DNA of 64,000 nucleotides from an uncultured Actinomycetes bacterium (lineage in GTDB: Bacteria > Actinomycetota > Actinomycetes > S36-B12 > UBA10799), in assembly GCA_963842975.1 (NCBI GenBank), contig CAWJIH010000009.1:268310-332309 (forward strand), written 5' to 3'. A model generated the notes under the pieces. The model saw only the letters and a list, made by a program, of their open reading frames with translations, was not told the origin of the DNA and searched no databases. The translations under genes were made by a program, and so were the position numbers. Shown here one piece after another: positions 21,177 through 28,229 of this stretch (within the stretch, counting starts at the first letter, position 1; each line of letters begins with the position of its first letter).

Positions 21177-22031
21177 TTGGCAGGCAACCCAGTTCTCGCC
21201 CGATTTGAGAAGGAGGCGGAGCAGCCCGGCTCTCTATACGCGGAAGGAACCAACGCGTACGCGCAGGCGGGCGGCTCGGCGCAGGCAGCCGTGCGGCAGT
21301 CAGCCGCTGGAACCACCGGAACGCCCACCTACGGAACGCCGGTAGGCACGCCGGATCGCCGGATGACGATCGACGACGTTGTGGTGAAGAGCGGCATCTC
21401 GTTCGCCATCTTGCTGGTGTTCGCAGTGATCGGCTGGAACCTCGGCGGAGTGATGCAGCTCTTCGCCTTCGGATCAGCCCTGGTTGCCTTCGTGCTGGCC
21501 ATGGTCATCTCGTTCAAGAAGACTTCCAGCCCCATCCTCGTGATCCTCTACTCCGCGTTTGAGGGACTGTTCCTTGGCGCCATCAGTGCGTGGTACCAGT
21601 CGTTTGGCGAGGCAAACGGTAACGGCAACCTTGTGCTGCAGGCCGTCACTGCCACGTTCGTGGTCTTCTTCGTGACGCTGTTTGCCTACAAGTCCGGCGT
21701 GATCAGGGTCACCGAGAAGTCTCGCCGGATCTTCATGATCATGCTGTTCTCCTACCTGGGTATCGCATTGCTCTCGCTGGTTGCCGCGCTCTTCGGCGTC
21801 GGCGGCGGTTGGGGCTTCTACGGCGTTGGTCCGCTCGGGATCATCATCTCGCTGTTCGCCGTGGGTCTTGCGACCTTCTCCCTGGTGATCGACTTCGACG
21901 GCATCGTCCGCATGACCGAGTACGGCGTCGAAGAGAAGGAATCGTGGCGGATGGCCTTTGGTCTCATGGTCAGCCTGGTGTGGCTGTACCTGGAGATCCT
22001 GCGCCTGCTGGCGATTCTGCAGCGGAACTAG
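21177..22031 (+). CDS. Bax inhibitor-1/YccA-family membrane protein
   Basis: About 7 TM helices, Gly/Ala/Thr-rich N-terminus, family-like C-terminal ...LYLEILRLLAILQRN; GGAGG RBS before TTG 21177. Confidence 0.8.
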   Translation: MAGNPVLARFEKEAEQPGSLYAEGTNAYAQAGGSAQAAVRQSAAGTTGTPTYGTPVGTPDRRMTIDDVVVKSGISFAILLVFAVIGWNLGGVMQLFAFGSALVAFVLAMVISFKKTSSPILVILYSAFEGLFLGAISAWYQSFGEANGNGNLVLQAVTATFVVFFVTLFAYKSGVIRVTEKSRRIFMIMLFSYLGIALLSLVAALFGVGGGWGFYGVGPLGIIISLFAVGLATFSLVIDFDGIVRMTEYGVEEKESWRMAFGLMVSLVWLYLEILRLLAILQRN

Positions 22032-22426
22032 TGTCGATTGACACCTGACTTGACCTGACCTGACCTGACCTGACTTGGCGGTTTGATCGTCGCCGAAGGT
22101 TTCTCGGGCACGCGACAGTGGCCTCGCCCCTCACGGGCGGGGCCACTTTCGCTTTGGGGGGTGATCAACGCGGTCGGTGGTTGGGTTTGCGGTGATCAAC
22201 GCGGTTGGTGGTTGGGTTTGTGGTGATCAACGCGGTCGGTGGTCGGGTTGGTGGTGATCAACGCGGTCGGTGGTTGGGTGTGTGGTGATCAACGCGGTTG
22301 GTGGTTGGGTTGGTGGTGATCAACGCGGTCCGCGGTTGGGTTTGCGGTGATCAACTGGCCCGTTTTCCCTACTGGGCTCCGCGTTGATCATGGGTTGCCC
22401 TACTGGGACCAGCGTTGATCATCGCG
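22026..22426. repeat. left copy of long direct repeat flanking the island (pairs with 31983-32233)
   Basis: AACTAGTGTCGATTGACAYCTGACTTG...terminator hairpin...31-bp units...GTTGATCATCGCG is shared with the right copy. The length difference comes from 7 versus 3 A-type units and a (CTGAC)n expansion. Confidence 0.85.
22117..22156 (+). terminator. rho-independent-type terminator hairpin after the BI-1 gene
   Basis: AGTGGCCTCGCCC-CTCAC-GGGCGGGGCCACT (13-bp stem, one G-U) followed by TTCGCTTTGG. Confidence 0.7.
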
Positions 22427-22595
22427 GGAGGTGGTCGGGGGTGGTCATCACGGTCGGTGGTTGGGTTTGCGGTGATCATCGCGGTCGGTGGTTGGGTTTG
22501 CGGTGATCAACTGGCCCGTTTGCCCAACTGGGCCACGTGTTGATCATGGGTTGCCCTAATGGGCCCCGCGTTGATCATGGGTTGCCCCACTGGGC
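22160..22595. repeat. 31-bp tandem repeat arrays with TGATCA cores (A-type and B-type units)
   Basis: A-type GGTGATCAACGCGGTCGGTGGTTGGGTTTGC starts at 22160, 22191, 22222, 22253, 22284, 22315, 22346 (period exactly 31). B-type TGATCATGGGTTGCCCTACTGGGACCCGCGT follows. A second A+B sub-block lies at 22440-22595. No ORF >=60 aa lies in 22048-22556. Confidence 0.9.
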
Positions 22596-22901
22596 TGTCG
22601 ATTGACATGCAAGTTGGGGATCGACCCTCGTCGCATAGGAGTTCGCCCCTGTTTTCGCGCTGACTCTGGCACGACTGCGGCGGCCCTGCACATCTTTCCG
22701 GTGGGCCCGGTCGCCGACCGTTTGCTGTACCCAGCTCCTACACCTCCCAGCACAGCGTCACCCTCTGGCCGTGCGCCAGTAGAAACGTGACGTGCTTCCC
22801 CAACCAGGTGCGGCGTCCCCACCACCTGTTCCAAAAAGGGCATGCGTTCCACAGCGATCAGGCTGTGGCATCGGCCCTACCGGCGGGCACGGTCACCTGT
22901 C

Positions 22902-23765
22902 ATGCGAACCTTCCTCACCCCCGACCGTGCCGCCCGGCAGCGGAGCGGCTTCATCCTGATCGTGCTGATCGCCACCGTGACCGTCATCTCCATCCTCGCG
23001 GCGGTGGCGCTGGTCAGTGCCCAGTCAGCAATCGATCGGGTCAACCAGCGGGCCGTACAAGCCGCGGCCGTGCAGTTCACCCGCGACTTCACCGGCTCTG
23101 TCGCCTCCGGTTCCGACCCGACAGAAGCATTGAACGCTGCCGCCTCCGCTAACGCCGGCACCCCGGTGATCGTGGGTACCACCGCCACCCAGGCAGGCCC
23201 GCTGCGCATCTCCACCAACAGCCCTGGGGCTCCGGGCAGTGTCGCGATCGGCAAAGGCGGGGCATACGCCCACATCACCCTCACCGGCGACCTCACCCAG
23301 AAATCGGGCGGTGACCAAGGAGACGACGGTGTCAGTCGCATTATTCGCACCAACGTGCTCGACCAGGGCGTGTCCGCCACCGAAGACCCCGATGTGATCA
23401 ACCCGGGCCAAATCGTTCCCGCCGCCACGGACAGCAAACAGGCGCTGTCATCGTTCATGTCCCGCGTCGGTGGCGCCGGAAGCGAGGCCTTCGCCGGAGC
23501 TTCCATCGCCGCAGACGGCTCGGTCTACCTCGTCGGCCACTTCACTGGCACCGCCTCGTTCGGTTTGCACACGGTCACCTCCGCTGGTGGCTTTGACGGC
23601 TACATTGCGAAAACTGACCCGGCCGGGCGCTGGCAGTGGGTGACCACTTTCACCGGGCAAGGCCTATGGTCGGTCCCGACACACACCGGCTGCAGCACCG
23701 CAATCCAAGCCAAGCGCGGCCATTTGGGTCCGCCTCAAGCCGACGCCACTAACTATGGGTTTTGA
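22902..23765 (+). CDS. pilin-like N-terminal helix + SBBP beta-propeller-repeat protein, probably 3'-truncated
   Basis: RSG-FILIVLIATVTVISILA resembles a prepilin-type N-terminus but lacks Glu+5. C-terminal ...DGSVYLVGHFTGTASFG...GGFDGYIAKTDPAGRWQW matches the SBBP repeat pattern, and the repeat series ends abruptly. Confidence 0.5.
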   Translation: MRTFLTPDRAARQRSGFILIVLIATVTVISILAAVALVSAQSAIDRVNQRAVQAAAVQFTRDFTGSVASGSDPTEALNAAASANAGTPVIVGTTATQAGPLRISTNSPGAPGSVAIGKGGAYAHITLTGDLTQKSGGDQGDDGVSRIIRTNVLDQGVSATEDPDVINPGQIVPAATDSKQALSSFMSRVGGAGSEAFAGASIAADGSVYLVGHFTGTASFGLHTVTSAGGFDGYIAKTDPAGRWQWVTTFTGQGLWSVPTHTGCSTAIQAKRGHLGPPQADATNYGF

Positions 23766-24030
23766 TGAGGTTGTCTGAGGAGATGTCCTGCAGGAAGGCC
23801 AGGACGTCCGCACGGATCTGGCCGTCGGGCGCGTTGAAGGATCCCTCTAATTCCCGGATCAGAGCGCCCACGGTGATCGGTTCGGCCAGCAGTTCCCAGA
23901 TCCGCCGACCGACCGAATCCAGGGTCACGTAGTTGTTCGACGACATGCTGAGGATCACGAGCTCATCGTCGATCTCGGTGGACATCAGTCCAGGTGCTCG
24001 GGTGACTGTCGTATCCAAGGCGAACTCCAT
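23749..24030 (-). CDS. PqqD-family protein (second RRE-like protein of the cluster)
   Basis: 93 aa; ...DELVILSMSSNNYVTLDSVGRRIWELLAEPITVGALIRELEGSF...VLAFLQDI has the PqqD/RRE winged-helix pattern. Confidence 0.75.
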   Translation of the reverse strand: MEFALDTTVTRAPGLMSTEIDDELVILSMSSNNYVTLDSVGRRIWELLAEPITVGALIRELEGSFNAPDGQIRADVLAFLQDISSDNLIKTHS

Positions 24031-24072
24031 GTCGTGCCTCCTGCAAGGGGGTCGGGGGAACTGCTCGGGTGC

Positions 24073-24942
24073 TCACTTCGCGCCTGCGCCTTCCGGGCAG
24101 TCTGCCAAATATCCAAGCCTCGCCATTATCGGCCCGTGCGCCAGCGTCACAGCTGACACCTGCGCGGGCGTCAACTGGCCACGCCAGGCACCGCTGCGCC
24201 CATTTCGGAAGAAGCGCTCGGCGGAAAACCCCGGCCGTTCCCGGAACCCGCCGCGCAGTTCCTGTGCTTGGACTTGTGCGAAACTGGCATGCTCGACTGC
24301 GCGCTCAACCCGGTCGGTGTTGGTGTCCCATCCCAGGAATTCGACCACCCGGGCGAATTGCGCGACCGGGTCTGCGAGCAAGTCCTCATACCGCACCAAA
24401 CAGAGTCGCAGCTGGGGAGCGTCCACCCAACTGGCGACGTGAGTGCTCCACGACCCCATGAACACGGGAAGCTGCTCACGGGCGATCGTGTCGGCGGTGA
24501 TCCTGCCCCACTGCGGATCGTTCATACGTGCGATCGCTTCGTCAAGGCTCAAGCCGTAGTGGCTGGCGAACGAGGGCACTACATCCAGCGGGTTACGCAC
24601 GATGTAGACAGCGCCAGCCGTGGCATCGGGAGGGATAAGGGGCTCACCTGTGTCAACCGGGTGCCAGGCGTCGTGGATCTTCATCAGCAGTGGTTCCGGC
24701 TCGTGGTGGGCCATCAACCGATACACCTCGGGTCGAAGTCGTTCCACCAAATCCGGTGGGAGTAGCGACGCCTCCAGCCCGGCCCACTCGTCGAACCAGA
24801 GTCGGGAACTGGCAATCGGTCCTCCATCCAGCCGATTGATGTCGGCCGGTTCATCTGAGTCCTGGCGGTAGTTGGTCAGCAGTATCCGCAGCCAGGTGTT
24901 ACCCGACTTCGGGTACGAGGCAAGCCAGGTGATCTCACCCAT
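24073..24942 (-). CDS. PAPS-dependent sulfotransferase-domain protein
   Basis: YPKSGNTWLR (5'-PSB loop) and RNGRSGAWRGQL (3'-PB-like); the start ATG overlaps the kinase stop (ATGGGTGA). Confidence 0.8.
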   Translation of the reverse strand: MGEITWLASYPKSGNTWLRILLTNYRQDSDEPADINRLDGGPIASSRLWFDEWAGLEASLLPPDLVERLRPEVYRLMAHHEPEPLLMKIHDAWHPVDTGEPLIPPDATAGAVYIVRNPLDVVPSFASHYGLSLDEAIARMNDPQWGRITADTIAREQLPVFMGSWSTHVASWVDAPQLRLCLVRYEDLLADPVAQFARVVEFLGWDTNTDRVERAVEHASFAQVQAQELRGGFRERPGFSAERFFRNGRSGAWRGQLTPAQVSAVTLAHGPIMARLGYLADCPEGAGAK

Positions 24943-25813
24943 TGATGATCGCCTCGACGATCTCGTCCAGCGACCACCGTTCCTGGGGTCGGGTGATCCG
25001 CCAGACTCGCACGCTCCGGGCGAGCGCGGCCTGCACCGGGAAGCAGGCGGGTGTGTCCGCTGCCAACAACGGCCCATAGATGCAGTCCTGCAGCGCATCG
25101 AACAGTTGCGCTCCGTGTAGCCGCTTGACGCGCACCTGCGACTCTGGGCCTGTGACCAGCAGGTAGAGGTCTGCCAGCGCTACTGGCTGCACGGATGCCA
25201 CCTGCACAGGGATCACCGCTTTGGAGCGCATCGAATATCGGGACACACTCTCCTCACCTAGGCCGAGGGCGGCCACCGCCTCGGGTGTCAGATGCATCTC
25301 ACCGACCCCCGGAGCGACCGTCACCCGGCGATCTGCTGCGATGCTGACCGCCGCGACATCATCGGCAACCATGCTGGCACCCTTGGTGAGCAGGGCCGCA
25401 GCGGTGGTCGATTTGCCTGCGCCGGACAGCCCGCTGATCGCGACAGCACCCCGAGGCAGGCGCAGTGTATTGGCATGCAACACGAGCACACCTCGATTTC
25501 GCAGCACGGCCGCCATAAGGTTGTGCACAATCTGGAACGACACCATCGAGGTATCCGGCTGTGCGGATGCCTGGTATGTGATCCGGTCACCACCCTCGAC
25601 GAGGAACCGTCCAACCGCAGGCCCGCATCGCAGCAGGAATACCCCGGGGGCGGCCTGCCAGTAGTCCCCCCGGGCAGTTGCGTGATCCAAGTCGAATGGC
25701 ACTTCTCCGTGTCGCAGTTCAACGTCTGGCGACGTGGCGTCAGTTGAATGTTCCACCCCAAGTAGGGCGAAAGGCACTCGAACCTTCAGTCCGAATAACG
25801 TGTAGTCAGGCAT
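24935..25813 (-). CDS. HPr-kinase-like serine kinase (K1), lasso-precursor tailoring type
   Basis: VLVLHANT...AISGLSGAGKSTTAAALLTKGASMVADDV resembles the HprK/P C-terminal P-loop region (G.SG.GKS...LVADD). Confidence 0.75.
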   Translation of the reverse strand: MPDYTLFGLKVRVPFALLGVEHSTDATSPDVELRHGEVPFDLDHATARGDYWQAAPGVFLLRCGPAVGRFLVEGGDRITYQASAQPDTSMVSFQIVHNLMAAVLRNRGVLVLHANTLRLPRGAVAISGLSGAGKSTTAAALLTKGASMVADDVAAVSIAADRRVTVAPGVGEMHLTPEAVAALGLGEESVSRYSMRSKAVIPVQVASVQPVALADLYLLVTGPESQVRVKRLHGAQLFDALQDCIYGPLLAADTPACFPVQAALARSVRVWRITRPQERWSLDEIVEAIING

Positions 25814-26033
25814 AACAAGAAAACCCCGAACCCTGGGACGACAAAGAATTGCATCCAGCTACACAGAAGGAACCAAGTATGCCGAGCAACAAACCAACGC
25901 ATTCCCAGATAGACCAGTGCTTCACTGGAGGTATCGGTTGTACAGCGGGCAGACTGCCAAAAATCCAACACTTTGTCTTGTCTGACAGAAACCCAGGCCT
26001 GTTCTCCCGCCGATACTCGCAATCGCTATTTCG

Positions 26034-26147
26034 CTAGTCCGATTCCTCGGACGCGAAGTCGGGCCCACTGCCAGTTCCCGAAAGCGTACGGCTCAGTTCC
26101 CTGCGGTTGATCTGAGGGGAAGACCACGTCGTCTTCTCTTTCGACAT
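26034..26147 (-). CDS. lasso precursor peptide candidate A1 (37 aa): MSKEKTTWSSPQINRRELSRTL-SGTGSGPDFASEESD
   Basis: Hand translation; not in the ORF track (<60 aa). Leader has W(-15)xxP(-12)...T(-2); core Ser1 and Asp8. Lies directly upstream of K1, in a locally low-GC patch. Confidence 0.7.
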   Translation of the reverse strand: MSKEKTTWSSPQINRRELSRTLSGTGSGPDFASEESD

Positions 26148-26314
26148 TTTTACCCTTTTCTGCGATTTTCTTGCATCGGTAGGCTATCCGTTGCTGTCTC
26201 GGTGCCAACACGTACTCAGGCAGGCAGCGTCACCTACTTCAGGAACATGATCAACTTTACCGGCAACTTGGCATGAGCAGTTCGGAGCCTCCGAATCACC
26301 GTGGATGGGCTTCT

Positions 26315-26620
26315 TTACGGACCGTCGGCTAATACTGGCAGCCCCGACGCGCTGAGGGCCACTGGAACCAGATCGTCTTCCAGGACTTGCCAGCCGCGTT
26401 CCGCTATCGCGGCTGCGAGGGTGGACTTGCCCGTCCACGACATCCCGCATACAACACTGGCATGTGCAGGGCTATCGTTGGGAGGGATAGCCGCCGCGGC
26501 GTGGAGGGCGAGATGCCCGCGTTGGAAATGGGCTGCGGCTCGGGGGGTTGCCTCGGCGATCTGCGCGACCGAGTCTGGTGGGGCTTCGGGAGCAGGGAAT
26601 GCTGAGATGTCCCCATCGAT
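26315..26620 (-). pseudogene. fragment of HPrK-like kinase K2 (lacks N-terminus and C-terminal half)
   Basis: Reads IDGDISAFPAPEAPPDSVAQIAEATPRAAAHFQRGHLALHAAA...GMSWTGKSTLAA...GLPVLADGP*; near-identical DNA to 27847-28142; no start codon. Confidence 0.75.
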
Positions 26621-26935
26621 TTTGATGTGCAGTGGGAGAAGTGCGAAGAAAGACCAAAGGGTGCTGGGGCATAATTATCGAGCTCATAACACTCTCGGGG
26701 TGGATAGGGGGATGAGCCCAAGGACTTGTTGGCCGCTGTCACACCCCATCAGACAAGGCCTAGCCGTCAGGGAATACTGCTCCCGGTACTACCGTCGGTG
26801 AGGCTGCCCCCGCCAGTTAGGGTCCGACGCAACTCAGTGCGCTCGACGTTCGGACGTGTCCACGTCAGTTTTTGCGCTGTCATTCAAGTCTCCTATCACG
26901 AACATTTTGTGAAACCGTACCAGGCGCTCGGTTGT
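26325..26935. repeat. intra-cluster segmental duplication, copy a (pairs with 27847-28555)
   Basis: Near-identical by eye to copy b. Differs by a 110-bp deletion (equivalent to 28143-28252), a 1-nt indel in the precursor core and scattered substitutions. Confidence 0.85.
26767..26883 (-). CDS. lasso precursor peptide candidate A2 (38 aa): MTAQKLTWTRPNVERTELRRTL-TGGGSLTDGSTGSSIP
   Basis: Hand translation; GGAGA RBS 5 nt before the ATG; same leader register as A1 (W8, P11, T21, L22); Asp at core position 8. Confidence 0.65.
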   Translation of the reverse strand: MTAQKLTWTRPNVERTELRRTLTGGGSLTDGSTGSSIP

Positions 26936-27286
26936 TTACCGGAAGGGACGACGGTCCAGGGAGCCTGGCTCTCGGATTTTTCCTGGCATCGCTTCCGGGG
27001 GTGAGGTGAGTCGATCGTCTGCGGCGAAGTGCGGTGCCTCGTCACACCAGATGGCCCTTCAACGAAAGGGGTGCGTGTTTCAGTGGTCGACACACGCCGG
27101 TTGGCCCCGGGTTTTCCTGCTGGTGTGAGGCCAGGGGATATCTGGGCCTCTCACGGGTGAGCAGTGGAGGTCTTCCGGGTGCTGTGAGACACAGTGATGG
27201 GCGGGTAGGTGCACGAACTGTTGCGTTGGCGTGTGACGTTGTTGGAGATCACGGTGCACTGCTACGTGTGCGAGGGTTTCGGGTAT

Positions 27287-27529
27287 TTATGGCACCAAGA
27301 CACCTCGGCAACGACCGAGGAACTGTCCAACCGCAGGCCCGCATCGCAGCAGGAATACCCCGGGGGCGGCCTGCCAGTAGTCCCCCCGGGCAGTTGCGTG
27401 ATCCAAGTCGAATGGCACTTCACCGTGTCGCAGTTCAACGTCCGGCGACGTGGCGTCAGTCAACGGTTCCACCCCAAGCAGGGCGAAAGGCACTCGAACC
27501 TTCAATCCGAATAACGTGCAGTCAGGCAT
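27287..27529 (-). pseudogene. N-terminal fragment of kinase K1 (about 70 aa homologous, then a divergent tail)
   Basis: MPDCTLFGLKVRVPFALLGVEPLTDATSPDVELRHGEVPFDLDHATARGDYWQAAPGVFLLRCGPAVG matches K1 residues 1-68. DNA 27318-27529 parallels 25601-25812. Confidence 0.75.
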
Positions 27530-28229
27530 CGTTGCGCTCGCTGTCGGCCCCAGCACCACCCGAAGCATCCCCGTGGGCCGTGACCCTGGCCACGAGGTCG
27601 GCGACGTCCTCGATGCAGTCGACCCCGCGAGGGCGGTCAAGTTGCCACACCTCAACGTTGGTCGCAAGTGACGAAACCAGGCGGGCGAACGAGGCCGGTT
27701 CTAGCAGTGCGTCAGCCACGTGGCTTTGGTACACCGATCGTGTCAGCAGGTCGAAGATCTTGGCACCAGTGGCCCTCTTCACGCTCAATTCGGAGCCGCC
27801 GGGCAGGCGCAACAGGATGACCCAACGCACGGGGACTTCCGGGCGCTCGGCTAATACTGGCAGCCCCGACGCGCCGAGGGCCACCGGAACCAGATCGTCT
27901 TCCAGGACTTGCCAGCCGCGTTCCGCTAGCTCGGCTGCGAGGGTGGACTTGCCCGTCCACGACATCCCGCATATGACACTGGCATGTGCAGGGCTAGCGT
28001 TGGGAGGGACAACCGCCGCGGCGTGGAGGGCGAGATGCCCGCGTTGGAAATGGGCTGCGGCTCGGGGGGTTGCCTCGGCGATCTGCGCGACCGAGTCTGG
28101 TGGGGCTTCGGGAGCAGGGAATGCTGAGATGTCCCCATCGATCACCGTATAGTCAGCAACGCCAGGCACGCTCATGTGGAATCGTGAGCCGTCTAGACGC
28201 CACAACAGGCCGTTGGGTTGGAGTGACAT
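27522..28229 (-). CDS. HPr-kinase-like serine kinase paralog (K2)
   Basis: 235 aa; ...LALHAAAVVPPNASPAHASVICGMSWTGKSTLAAELAERGWQVLEDDLV P-loop region; the stop overlaps the ATG of the K1 fragment (ATGCCTGA). Confidence 0.7.
   Translation of the reverse strand: MSLQPNGLLWRLDGSRFHMSVPGVADYTVIDGDISAFPAPEAPPDSVAQIAEATPRAAAHFQRGHLALHAAAVVPPNASPAHASVICGMSWTGKSTLAAELAERGWQVLEDDLVPVALGASGLPVLAERPEVPVRWVILLRLPGGSELSVKRATGAKIFDLLTRSVYQSHVADALLEPASFARLVSSLATNVEVWQLDRPRGVDCIEDVADLVARVTAHGDASGGAGADSERNDA

Noticed and set aside
22160-22595. Possible CRISPR array (regular ~31-bp repeats)
   Set aside because: Units abut directly, so the period equals the unit length and there are no unique spacers. Units occur in two arrangements, and no cas genes are in the window. 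It is a tandem repeat, not CRISPR.
26896-27093. 65-aa minus-strand ORF (MSTTETRTPFVEGPSGV...) as a possible fourth precursor
   Set aside because: It lacks the W-x-x-P...T-L leader shared by A1-A3 and has no RBS. It overlaps the conserved upstream region of A2 and lies in unassignable junction DNA.
27034-28152. 372-aa plus-strand ORF spanning the centre of the RiPP cluster
   Set aside because: It is antisense to kinase K2 and the K1 fragment. It is Arg/Ala/Pro/Ser-rich with no motifs and crosses duplication junctions. This is a typical high-GC shadow ORF.
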